A stretch of 32,462 nt of DNA. Source: a virus. Lineage: Duplodnaviria; Caudoviricetes. The stretch lies in IMG/VR virus record IMGVR_UViG_3300049172_000054, positions 1 to 32,462 of that record. One strand, 5' to 3'. Both the position numbers and the translations under genes were made by a program. Of the stretch, positions 22,801 to 31,080 are shown in pieces. Positions within the stretch are counted from its first letter, which is position 1; the number at the start of each line of letters is the position of its first letter. The notes under the pieces were generated by a model. The model did not search any database. It saw nothing but the letters and a program-made list of their open reading frames with translations, and was not told where the DNA came from.

Positions 22801-24600
22801 ACCGTCGCGCAGGTCGCGGTGTGGCTGTGGAACACGGTGCTCGCACCGTTCTTCGTCTGGTTCGGCGGGATTGTCGTCTGGCTCTGGCAGAAGATCATCA
22901 AGCCGTATATCGGCTTCCTGATCGCCTACTGGCGGAAGGTCGCCGACGTCGCCATCTGGCTGTGGAAAACCATCCTCGGCCCGGCCTTCCGTGGCATCGG
23001 ATCCATCATCTCGTGGTGGTGGACGAACATCGTCAAGCGGTACTTCGGATTCGTCCGAGGTGCGATCACCACGCTGGGCGATGTGTTCCGCTGGCTGTGG
23101 CAGAAGGCCATCAAGCCCGCCTGGACCGGCATCTCCAGCCTCATCGGCGCGATCTGGCGGGACGGCATCCGGCCCACCTTCGACAGGCTGAAGGCCGCGG
23201 TCGGCAAGGTCGGCGACGCCTTCGAGGCTGCCCGTAAGGCGATCAAGATTGCCTGGGACAAACTCAAGGGCATCGCGAGGACACCGGTCCAGTACGTCGT
23301 CGACGTCGTCTACAACAACGGCATCCGAGGCGTCTGGAATCGAGTCGCCGGCGCCTTCGGGGCGAAGAAGCTGGAAAAGTTCACCTTCTCCCGCGGCGGC
23401 ATCATGCCCGGCTACACCCCGGGCCGCGACGTGCACCGGTTCGTCTCCCCGACGGGCGGCCAGTTGGAGCTGTCCGGTGGCGAGGCCATCATGCGGCCCG
23501 AGTTCACCCGGGCTGTCGGCTCCGGCTTCGTCGGCGCCATGAACTCGATCGCCCGGTCCCGTGGCGCGCAGGGGGTCAAGGCGGCGCTGGCACCAGTGTT
23601 CGGCGGCAACCCGACCACGCCCACCGACCGGTCGCTGAAGTATGCGAACGGTGGCCTCGTGCAGCGGTTCGAGGACGGCGGGATCTTCGGCTGGATCGGC
23701 TCGGCGGCCTCCAAGGCGGCCGGCGCCGGGTCGGCGGCCTGGAACGGGATCAAGGCGACCACGAGCTGGCTGGGCGACTCCCTGGAGGAGTCGGCGCGGG
23801 CAGGCGTGAAGAAGGTCGTCAACCCGTTGCTCAAGTCATTCCCTGGCATGGACACCGGGTTCGGCCGCATGATCCGCAAGGTCCCGGACCGGATCATCGA
23901 CACCCTGTTCGGCTACACAAAGCAGGCCGACAAGAAAGGTGGCGGCGGGATCGGCGGCCCGAAGATCCAGGCCGCCACAAAGTGGGCGAAAACCCAGAAC
24001 GGCCTGCCCTACCAGTGGGGCGGCGGAGGCAACCCATCCTGGGACTGCTCGGGCTTCATGTCCGCGATCGAGAGTGTGATCCGTGGACAGAAGCCTCACC
24101 GCCGCTGGTCGACGCACGCCTTCAAGGGCGGCACCCCGCCGGGCTGGATCAAGAACGGCAACAGCGCGTTCCGTGTCGGCATCACGCACGCCGGCGTCGG
24201 CCACACTGCGGGCACCATCGGCAAGACCAAAGTCGAGTCGAGGGGCGGGGACGGCGTGGTCGTCGGGTCTCGGGCCCGCGGCTACAACGACAAGCTGTTC
24301 ACCAGCTGGTACGGGTTCAAGCCCGGCTCCTACGACTCGGGCGGCTACCTGCAGCCCGGCCTCAACTTGGCCTACAACGGCACCGGGAGGCCGGAGCCGG
24401 TGTTCACGTCTCGCCAGGCCAACGCCCTGACATCGATGGCTACACCTCGGGGACCGGCGGGGCCGATGCGCCTCGAAGGGGACGTCTACCTCGACTCCGG
24501 CGAGTTCCTCGGCCGGATCCGGGGCGAGGCACAGCAAGTGGTCGACCAGAGCAACGGGCAGTTGCTCACGGCTCTCGGGGCTCGACCCACAAGGAGGTGA
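19891..24600 (+). CDS. Tape measure protein with C-terminal NlpC/P60 peptidoglycan hydrolase domain
   Basis: ~1569 aa from GTG 19891 (RBS GGAGGAGG). Ala/Gln-rich coiled coil, NAAM.ANPI, Trp-rich repeats, PYQWGG.G...WDCSG...GHT (NlpC/P60 Cys/His), YD.GG.L.PG.....NGTG.PE.V. Confidence 0.95.
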   Translation: MPAISVGSVEVDVVPNASGIQSRLRAALVPPASAIGDEVGRIIGRQIVTHITPAVRDGIQNGARAARPTATRQGADTGGAFARSLRARLEAAFRSMPRLDVRLSDTGVDADLARLRARLESLAGKTVGIDIDAETARAQAADIEERLRRIGAAHPNVAVRADTAAAIAQLQALQAQIDEVTADPARIRVETDGTFGQRLRAQVQAAEASLPNINLRADSSAAEVEIARLRAELTALRDVRIGVDMDAATATARIEAIQARLQALASSDADVAIRVDTAAAAAQLAAIQAAVNRLDGQTASVNVNVSGMQLLVTAALAFGPAIIPALPVVAAGLGAVSAAAVAAGAGIGAIGLVAAPAFKGIATALQAQKSAQDAATNATYQGGQAASQGASKALQMASAQQALATAERNGARQIAQAQAAVRQAKQAVADAVVQAAQRNAEANRRVLDAERSLADAQRDAKRAQEDLTTARRTAAQELEDLNSRLADSVLSQRDAELSLREAAAERDKVLKSANATELDKERALLAYDQAVERLKDQTTETARLKTETADANKKGVEGSDTVRGAQERLAESQRNVADQARAVKDSQTEAARTQVETARQVADAQQRVSEATANVAVAQQSAADAVASAQRQIQSASVSAAGGVDQAAIAQAKYQAELDKLTPSARDTFDAFVDLRSAFGSWSKSLQPKVMPIFTRALNGMRKALPGLTPLVEEGAEAIGDLQDRASRGFKSPWWKTFKKDLQGSVRPAIIGLGVSFGRVFKGMAGVTQAFFPHMDSISERMQKITGRFANWGTSLKGSPEFERFLSYSSEMGPKLADALGKIAGAFLSIGQALAPVSGPLLFLLGGLAEAIGIIAEHAPWMVQGIWLAIVAMRVWTIAQWALNAAMSANPITLIIIGIVALVAIGIYAFNKFPWFRDLVLKAWSGIKTASLWLWNTVLKPFFTWFGGVVVWLWQRIIRPYIGFLIAYWKTVAQVAVWLWNTVLAPFFVWFGGIVVWLWQKIIKPYIGFLIAYWRKVADVAIWLWKTILGPAFRGIGSIISWWWTNIVKRYFGFVRGAITTLGDVFRWLWQKAIKPAWTGISSLIGAIWRDGIRPTFDRLKAAVGKVGDAFEAARKAIKIAWDKLKGIARTPVQYVVDVVYNNGIRGVWNRVAGAFGAKKLEKFTFSRGGIMPGYTPGRDVHRFVSPTGGQLELSGGEAIMRPEFTRAVGSGFVGAMNSIARSRGAQGVKAALAPVFGGNPTTPTDRSLKYANGGLVQRFEDGGIFGWIGSAASKAAGAGSAAWNGIKATTSWLGDSLEESARAGVKKVVNPLLKSFPGMDTGFGRMIRKVPDRIIDTLFGYTKQADKKGGGGIGGPKIQAATKWAKTQNGLPYQWGGGGNPSWDCSGFMSAIESVIRGQKPHRRWSTHAFKGGTPPGWIKNGNSAFRVGITHAGVGHTAGTIGKTKVESRGGDGVVVGSRARGYNDKLFTSWYGFKPGSYDSGGYLQPGLNLAYNGTGRPEPVFTSRQANALTSMATPRGPAGPMRLEGDVYLDSGEFLGRIRGEAQQVVDQSNGQLLTALGARPTRR
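22687..23000 (+). repeat. 135-bp (45-aa) Trp-rich tandem repeat in tape measure
   Basis: TGGCTGTGGAA at 22687, 22822 and 22957. WLWNTVLKPFFTWFGGVVVWLWQRIIRPYIGFLIAYWKTVAQVAV vs WLWNTVLAPFFVWFGGIVVWLWQKIIKPYIGFLIAYWRKVADVAI. Confidence 0.9.
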
Positions 24601-24608
24601 CCTGACCT

Positions 24609-26855
24609 GTGGCGATCCCCGGCAACTTCCTCAGCCAGACCACCGAGTCGGTCGATCCGAACACGTCGGGCTGGGCGGCAAAGCTGAACTGCAGCTTGTC
24701 GCTCGGCACCGGCGGCCGGAACGGTGACGGCTGCGCCCAGATGAGGTCGGTGGCGGCGGGCGAGATGCAGGCCCGCACCTACTCCTCCTATGCCGTCACC
24801 CCGGCCGAGACGTACTGGGCTTTCGCCGACGCCAGCAGCACGACCATCCCAGAGCGGATCGGGATCCGTTGGCTCAACGCCAGTGGATCCGAGATCAGCA
24901 TCACGTGGTCGCTGACGACGGCCACTGCCTCGTCGTCGTGGCATCGCATATCGGTCGGCGGGGTGGCCCCGGCGGGGGCCGCCCGCGCCCAGGTTCTCGT
25001 CTCCGCTACGGCGACTGCCGCCCTTCAGATCGTCTTCTTCGAGAACGTCTACCTCGGCTATCCGCTGCGCTTCGCAGGCAACCTGCTGTCGTTCGATGCG
25101 GAGCAGGGCGAGATCAACGGCGCCTCGTGGGCGGCCGAAACGAACTGCACCCTGTCCCGCACGGCTCCCGCAGTGTCGTGGCCCGAGTTTTGGTACTACG
25201 CGGGCGGCGAGACCCTCACTCTGACGGTGACCGCGTCAGGCAACGCCTCCGCGCTGTGTGTCGAGCGTCCCGCGGTCACGCCCGGCACCGAGTACCTCGG
25301 GTACATGTACATCAACCCGCCCACCTCCGGCTCCTCCTGCTGGGTGGAGCTGCGGTTCTACAATGCGGCCGGCACCCAGATCCAGGCCACCCGCTCCACG
25401 CTGGTGCCGTCGGGGACGGGCTGGTTCCGGCAGATCGCCTCTGCGGTCGCACCGGCGCTCGCAGCGACCGCGTCGATCGCGGTCGGCATCACATCCGGCA
25501 CCGCAGCACAGATCGTGCGGGCCGAGGGCATCGTCGTCAAAGCCCGCACCACCACGGTGATCAGCAGCACTCCGACCAGCAACATCATCCCGTATGCCGA
25601 CAGCAACTTTGAGCAGGGTGTCGGCCAGTGGACTGTGCAGTCCGGGGTGGCGACGATCGCGCGGTCCACGCCGTGGGGCGCGCAGATGTATGTCGAGTGC
25701 TACAGCCTGACGGTCACCAGTTCTACGGCCACGGCCAGCGTCATCCGATCGGGCCAGTATGCGGTGACGCCCGGCGTCAACTGGCGGCTCGTCGCAGCAG
25801 GGAAGCGGGTGGCGGGCGGCTGGACCCTCACATCAAGCGTCCGCTGGCTCAACGCCTCCCTCGGCCTGATCAGTACGACGTCCAGCGTCGCCGTCGCGGT
25901 GCCGGCCGACGGGCTCTGGTATCTCTTCAATCAGGATCACGCCGCTCCGGCGGGGGCCGCGTTCGGGCAGATCGACTACACGCTGACGGCGACCTCGGCC
26001 AGTAGCACGCTCCAGCTGGATGAGTTGCAGATGCTGCAGGTTCTGCCGCAGCAGTCGGTCACCGTCGACGACGAAACGGCCTCAGTGCAGATCATCGTGC
26101 GCGAGATTCCCTCATCCACCACGATGACGATCTACCGTGTGGCGGCGGACGGCGCGAGGACACTGGTACGCGGCCCCGACGGACTGATCGAGCAGGTCAC
26201 GCCGTCGGCCGACATCTACTTCGTCACCGACTATGAGGCCCCGCTCGGGATGCCGTTCTCCTACCGCATCGAGTTCTACAGCACGTCTACCGGTGCGATC
26301 AGTGGCTGGCGGACCAGCGGCAGCGTCACCATCGACCCGGGCGACATCAACTACGCCTGGCTGAAGGACCCGCTCAGGCCGCAGTTGAACCGGCGGGTGA
26401 TGGTCAAGCAGGCCCCGGACTGGTCGCAGCCAATAGAGCAGTCCGTGCTACGGCCGGCCGGTAGGCAGAACGCGGTCGTCTTGTCGCGGATCCGGTCGGG
26501 CCGGGAGGGCTCACTGGCGGTGTGGACGCAGTCGGACGACGAGCGGGAGAGTCTGCGTTTCCTCATGGCGACCGGGAATGTCCTGCTGTGGCAGTCCGCC
26601 CCGGGTATGGGCGAGTCGGACGTGTACGTGTCCGTCGCCCAGACGAGCTATCCGCGCGTCACCCCCTACGCCCCGGAGCCGTGGCGGGAATGGACGCTGC
26701 CACTCACCGAGCAGGACCGGCCGACCGGCGGCACAGCCGGTTCGGCGACCTGGACGGTACGCGATGTGGGGCTTGAGAACGCGACCGTGCTGAGCCTGAT
26801 CGGCCGCTACTTGACGGTCCTCGACCTGGCCCTGGATCAGCGGGTCGGCGGATGA
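24609..26855 (+). CDS. Minor tail protein (distal-tail position) with three N-terminal carbohydrate-binding-like modules
   Basis: First gene after TMP. Three ~150-aa repeats, each starting N(F/L/I)(L/I).. and containing V.PG..Y, RW.NA.G..I and AP.GA..A. C-terminus has DYEAP.G and AWLK.P..P. Confidence 0.8.
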   Translation: MAIPGNFLSQTTESVDPNTSGWAAKLNCSLSLGTGGRNGDGCAQMRSVAAGEMQARTYSSYAVTPAETYWAFADASSTTIPERIGIRWLNASGSEISITWSLTTATASSSWHRISVGGVAPAGAARAQVLVSATATAALQIVFFENVYLGYPLRFAGNLLSFDAEQGEINGASWAAETNCTLSRTAPAVSWPEFWYYAGGETLTLTVTASGNASALCVERPAVTPGTEYLGYMYINPPTSGSSCWVELRFYNAAGTQIQATRSTLVPSGTGWFRQIASAVAPALAATASIAVGITSGTAAQIVRAEGIVVKARTTTVISSTPTSNIIPYADSNFEQGVGQWTVQSGVATIARSTPWGAQMYVECYSLTVTSSTATASVIRSGQYAVTPGVNWRLVAAGKRVAGGWTLTSSVRWLNASLGLISTTSSVAVAVPADGLWYLFNQDHAAPAGAAFGQIDYTLTATSASSTLQLDELQMLQVLPQQSVTVDDETASVQIIVREIPSSTTMTIYRVAADGARTLVRGPDGLIEQVTPSADIYFVTDYEAPLGMPFSYRIEFYSTSTGAISGWRTSGSVTIDPGDINYAWLKDPLRPQLNRRVMVKQAPDWSQPIEQSVLRPAGRQNAVVLSRIRSGREGSLAVWTQSDDERESLRFLMATGNVLLWQSAPGMGESDVYVSVAQTSYPRVTPYAPEPWREWTLPLTEQDRPTGGTAGSATWTVRDVGLENATVLSLIGRYLTVLDLALDQRVGG

Positions 26856-26867
26856 GAGGAGCGCGGG

Positions 26868-27965
26868 ATGTATCAGGCGCCCTCTGCCCGGTTCCTTCCG
26901 GCGCTGCGCGAGTCCCACGTCCCCTACACGCAGGTCCAGTTGCTGCGGGCCGACGGTGTGGTGCAGAACCTGGAGCACACCGACGGCAGTGTGACGGTGG
27001 ACCGGGGGAGTGCGGTGCGGCGAACCTGCTCGGTGAGCGTGCCGGACACGAGCCTGATCCCGATGACGCCGACGGAGCAGCTGGCCATCTACGGCGGCCG
27101 GCTGCTGATTCGCCGCGGCGTCGTCTACGGCGACGGCACGTCAGAGTCGGTGCCGCTGGGCCTGTTTCGTATCGACTCCATCGAGGGTGACCCCACGCTG
27201 GGCCCGGTCACCTTCAACGGCTCGGGCCTTGAAGCGGTCGTCGCCGATGACAAGTTCCTCGCTCCGTACTCGACGCGAGGGGCGACCGCGGCGGTCACCG
27301 CGATCACCGGCCTGATCCAGGACTCGATCCCCGGGGCGGTCATCGTGAACCGGGCCTCGGACGCGACGCTCGGCACGATGACGTGGGATGCCCAGGGCGA
27401 CCGGTGGGCCGCGGTGCAGGAGTGCGCGACCGCGATCGGCGCCGAGGTGTACGCGGACGCGGACGGCCAGTTCATCATCGCCGAACTCCCGGACCTGCTG
27501 ACCGCCACGGTCGCCTGGGATGTCGATGCGGGCGCGGCCGGTGTTCTCATCTCGGCGAACCGTTCGTTCTCCCGGGAGGGCATGTACAACGTGGTCGTCG
27601 CCTCTGGGGAGAACGCCGAGGACAACGTCGCGGCCGTGTCGGCGACGGCCTCTGACACCGACCCGACCAGCCCCACCTACGTGTCCGGGCCGTTCGGCAG
27701 GGTGCCGAAGTTCTACTCCAGCGCCACCATCATCAACTCTGGTCTGGCGCAAGGCGCCGCGAACAAGCTCCTGCGGGACGCCCTCAAACCGACCGCCACC
27801 GTCTCCCTGACCAGCCTGCCGAACCCGTGCCTGGAGCCGGGCGATGTCCTGCGCGTCACCTACGAGGACGGGCAACGGGAACTCCAGCAGATCCAGTCGT
27901 TCACGATCAGCCTCGGCCTCGACTCGATCACCATCGCCACCATCGGTGGAAAGCAGGACACCTGA
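26868..27965 (+). CDS. Minor tail/baseplate hub protein (DUF5047-like)
   Basis: S.RF..AL..SH, GSVT.DR....RRTC, PLG.FRI, DRW.A....A..IG.E.Y.D.DG, YN.V.A.G, GPFG.VP.FYSS, NP.LEPGD. Confidence 0.85.
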   Translation: MYQAPSARFLPALRESHVPYTQVQLLRADGVVQNLEHTDGSVTVDRGSAVRRTCSVSVPDTSLIPMTPTEQLAIYGGRLLIRRGVVYGDGTSESVPLGLFRIDSIEGDPTLGPVTFNGSGLEAVVADDKFLAPYSTRGATAAVTAITGLIQDSIPGAVIVNRASDATLGTMTWDAQGDRWAAVQECATAIGAEVYADADGQFIIAELPDLLTATVAWDVDAGAAGVLISANRSFSREGMYNVVVASGENAEDNVAAVSATASDTDPTSPTYVSGPFGRVPKFYSSATIINSGLAQGAANKLLRDALKPTATVSLTSLPNPCLEPGDVLRVTYEDGQRELQQIQSFTISLGLDSITIATIGGKQDT

Positions 27966-28708
27966 TGGCCGCCCGCCCCCTGGACGTGGCAGCAGCCATC
28001 GCAGCAGCAGCCCGCCAGGCGGGACGCGACGACCCCGACGTGCGGCGTGCCGACGTACAGTCCGGCACCGTCACGGCAGTCGGCGTCACTGCGGGCACCG
28101 TGGACGTGGGCAGCATCCGGGCCCGCCGCCTGGAGTCGTACCTGAACCCGACTGTCGGCGACCAGGTGCTGCTCGTCCAGTCCGGCACCGGCAACTGGTG
28201 GGCAGCCGGCCGGACCGCATCCGCCGCGTCGCCGCTCGGCGAGCCGCTCTTCAAGTACAAGGCCGCCCACACCGACCGAAGTTCGGCGAACACCGGGGCC
28301 ACGCTCGCCGACGACCCGGACCTGACAGTGCAGCTCGACGCGAATGCCGTGTATGTCGTCGAGTTCCACCTGCATTACGCGGCCACCGACACCGCCCGCT
28401 TCAGAACGGCGTGGACAGTGCCGGCCTCCGCAGTCGGCACCCGGTCGTCCGTGGGCCCAGACCAGGGAGTGATTCTCTCCAGCACCTCGGCGGGAGGAGC
28501 CGGCCGCTGGGGTGTACACAACTTCGGCACGACAGCCACCTACGGCACACGCGACAGCGCCACCAACCAGTGCGCGGCAGTGGAAGAAGCGACCGTCATC
28601 ACCACTGCCTCTGGTACATGCGCCCTTCAGTGGTCGCAGGTCACCAGCAGCGCCACCGCCACCCGCTTGGCCCAGGGCTCGTGGATGCGGGCCGTCCGAC
28701 TCGCATAG
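27965..28708 (+). CDS. Minor tail protein
   Basis: ATG 27965 overlaps the upstream TGA. N-terminal .TVTAV...GTV.....RRL.SY..P.VGD.V (OB-like spike base), then DPDL...L.AN..Y and GSW....... Confidence 0.78.
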   Translation: MAARPLDVAAAIAAAARQAGRDDPDVRRADVQSGTVTAVGVTAGTVDVGSIRARRLESYLNPTVGDQVLLVQSGTGNWWAAGRTASAASPLGEPLFKYKAAHTDRSSANTGATLADDPDLTVQLDANAVYVVEFHLHYAATDTARFRTAWTVPASAVGTRSSVGPDQGVILSSTSAGGAGRWGVHNFGTTATYGTRDSATNQCAAVEEATVITTASGTCALQWSQVTSSATATRLAQGSWMRAVRLA

Positions 28709-28722
28709 GAGACCCAACCCTG

Positions 28723-29001
28723 ATGGTCCTGCAGTGGAGCACCCCCAGCGCACCCGAGTTCCCTCGCCCGCCCGCGAACGTGACCTTCTCCGCAACGAAG
28801 GATCTCGGCGACGGCACCAGCGTCACCATGGCCGGCCAGATCGGCATCGGCGTGGAGGGCCCCACCCCGACCGACGAGGACGTCCTCGGCTGGCTCGGCC
28901 TCATCCACGGCGCATTGAAGGCTGACGGCTGGGCGATGGGGCTGCGGTTCGAGGAGACCGCAGTGTCGCGGCGCTTCGTTGAGGAAATCGAGGAGGCGTA
29001 G
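28723..29001 (+). CDS. Hypothetical protein (92 aa) in the tail module
   Basis: AGGAG upstream of ATG 28723; its TAG overlaps the next GTG. Confidence 0.65.
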   Translation: MVLQWSTPSAPEFPRPPANVTFSATKDLGDGTSVTMAGQIGIGVEGPTPTDEDVLGWLGLIHGALKADGWAMGLRFEETAVSRRFVEEIEEA

Positions 29002-29621
29002 TGCCGACCACAGACACGTTCGGGCAGGGGTTCACGGCCCTCGGCTATGGTGACGTCCCCGACCTGAAGGTCATGGGCGACGGACTGTTGAAGATCGCGG
29101 GCCAGTCGGTGATGCGGTTCGCCACCGCTTCCACCCGCAACGCGACGCTCACCGCGCCGGTAGCCGGGATGATGGCGTGGCTCAACTCCGAAGCGACCCT
29201 CACCGTCTACGACGGCACAGCCTGGGTCGCCGTCGCCGCCGGCACCCAGTCCTGGACGACCATCTCCCTGGCTACCGGGTTCGCTCACGACGGCAACAGC
29301 AACGGGACCTTCCAGTACCGGAAGGTCAACTTGTTCGGCGAGGACACGATCATGTTCCGTGGTGCGGTGTCCGTCACCTACTCCGGCACCACCATCCCCA
29401 ACACGGGAATCGTCAACTCGGCCGCCCTGCCAGCCTCGGCACGCCCGACGGCGCTGCGGACGATCGTGGTCCCCTGCTCCGACGTGTCCAGCGTCCGCAT
29501 CACCCTGAAGCTCGACATCCAGACCAACGGCTTTTTGAAGATCTTCGGCACTGGCAGCGGATCCGACGGCGTGAGCACTCCGCCCTGGATCGGCTTCAAC
29601 GGCTGCTTCGCCAGCCTCTGA
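29001..29621 (+). CDS. Minor tail / receptor-binding protein
   Basis: MP.TD..GQG......D.PD, VMRFA.A..R.A.L..P.AGM.AWL......VYDG..W, and a C-terminal YR......RG....LP...RP....G beta-sandwich head. Confidence 0.78.
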   Translation: MPTTDTFGQGFTALGYGDVPDLKVMGDGLLKIAGQSVMRFATASTRNATLTAPVAGMMAWLNSEATLTVYDGTAWVAVAAGTQSWTTISLATGFAHDGNSNGTFQYRKVNLFGEDTIMFRGAVSVTYSGTTIPNTGIVNSAALPASARPTALRTIVVPCSDVSSVRITLKLDIQTNGFLKIFGTGSGSDGVSTPPWIGFNGCFASL

Positions 29622-29633
29622 CCAGGAGAGCCC

Positions 29634-30065
29634 GTGGCCACTGTGTGCAAGCTGTACCGCGGCGACAGGCCGCAGATGATCCCGCCGAACACGTGGACTC
29701 TCGTCACGTTCGAGAAGATCGTCAGCAACGACCGGTATATGCAGCGGGACCTGACATCGATCATGCCGCCGTTTGACGGCGACTTCCTGTGGGCCCGCAA
29801 CCTGCGCTGGGCCGCCATCAGCCTCCCCGACGGCGACACCAGGCCCCGGCAGATCATGTCCCGCTTCGTCCGTGACCCGGATGGTGTCCACGACGACACC
29901 GGCGCCGACGACCGCACCGCCACCCCCGGCCGGGCCTGGCAGACCGTCATGTGGCCGTTCGCCGGACAAGCCGGCCAGCCCGTCTGCGTCGAGGTGTGGC
30001 ACGACCATCATCAGCCCTGGGCCCTCGAACACGCCCAGTTCGCTGGCGTGACCTGGGACTACTAG
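29634..30065 (+). CDS. Hypothetical protein (143 aa), possibly tail-associated beta-sandwich
   Basis: GTG after AGGAG. Q.IP..TWT.V.F and G..V.VEV.H patterns resemble C1q/TNF-like tip domains. Confidence 0.6.
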   Translation: MATVCKLYRGDRPQMIPPNTWTLVTFEKIVSNDRYMQRDLTSIMPPFDGDFLWARNLRWAAISLPDGDTRPRQIMSRFVRDPDGVHDDTGADDRTATPGRAWQTVMWPFAGQAGQPVCVEVWHDHHQPWALEHAQFAGVTWDY

Positions 30066-30084
30066 ACAGAGAGGGGCCCGCGCC

Positions 30085-31080
30085 ATGGCCAAGACTGGAC
30101 CGCAGAAGATACCCGGCGCATCCCAAACCTACTTCTACGGGACCGGGCAGTTCTCCGGCTCCGACATGGAAGTGAACTGCGGAGTCGCGCACACCACCGA
30201 GGGCCGAACCGTCCCCAGCTATGCGGATAGCTCCGGGCGTCGTGGTGCACTCGCCCCCACGGTCACCGGCCTGCCCGACATCGCAGCGAAGAAGATCCGC
30301 TGGTACCAACACTATGACGTCGACGAATCAGCCCGCGCCCTCGCGAACAAGCTGGGCGGCGTCGAAACGAACACCGCGAACGCCTTCCAGATCGAACTCG
30401 TCGGAACCTGCGACGACACGAAGAAGACCACTTGGGGCGGCGCCAAGGCGGGCGTCGACTATCTGCACTGGCCCACCGCCCCAGACTGGGCGCTCACCGA
30501 GGTCGCCTGGCTGGTGCGCTGGCTCCACGACTACCACGGCATCCCGCTCACCTGCGTCAAGGACTGGCTCGCCTACGGCAAGGACACCCGCCGGCCCGGC
30601 ATCACCCCCGCCTCCTACGGGGCGAGCCCGGCCCGCATGTCCCAGGCCGAGTGGCGGAACTTCACTGGCTGGTGCGGGCACCAGCACGTGCCCGAGAACG
30701 ACCACGGCGACCCCGGCTCCATGAACTTCGCCCGGGTCATCCAACTCGCCAAGGGCGAGGCCAAGGAGGAAGACATGCCGCTGACCACTGAAGACGTCAA
30801 GAAGGTCTGGACGACCGACAACGTCATCGGCGTACCCGCCGACTGGTCCCCGGGTAACGGCGCCTGGACTGCGGCGTCCCTTCTCATCGACCAGGGGAAG
30901 CGGCTGCGCTCCCTCCAGGCCGACCTGAAGGCACTGTCCACGGTGAACGGTGAGCTCGTGAAGACCGTCGCCACACTGGCGGCCAACGTCGGCGACCTCG
31001 ACCCGGCCGCGATCGTCGCCGAACTTCGGGCTTCCATTGAGTCCGTCACCGTCCGCCTCGATGTCCCGGACAGCCCGTGA
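30085..31080 (+). CDS. Endolysin, N-acetylmuramoyl-L-alanine amidase (Amidase_2) with C-terminal helical domain
   Basis: Zn-amidase motifs HTTEG, QIELVG and GWCGHQHVPENDHGDPG; position after the tail genes. Confidence 0.9.
   Translation: MAKTGPQKIPGASQTYFYGTGQFSGSDMEVNCGVAHTTEGRTVPSYADSSGRRGALAPTVTGLPDIAAKKIRWYQHYDVDESARALANKLGGVETNTANAFQIELVGTCDDTKKTTWGGAKAGVDYLHWPTAPDWALTEVAWLVRWLHDYHGIPLTCVKDWLAYGKDTRRPGITPASYGASPARMSQAEWRNFTGWCGHQHVPENDHGDPGSMNFARVIQLAKGEAKEEDMPLTTEDVKKVWTTDNVIGVPADWSPGNGAWTAASLLIDQGKRLRSLQADLKALSTVNGELVKTVATLAANVGDLDPAAIVAELRASIESVTVRLDVPDSP

Noticed and set aside
22687-23000. 135-bp near-identical repeat as a diversity-generating retroelement TR/VR pair
   Set aside because: Tandem in-frame tape-measure repeats; differences are not adenine-specific and no reverse transcriptase is in the window.
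19813-23436. 1207-aa minus-strand ORF
   Set aside because: Antisense shadow of the tape measure gene; no recognisable domain.
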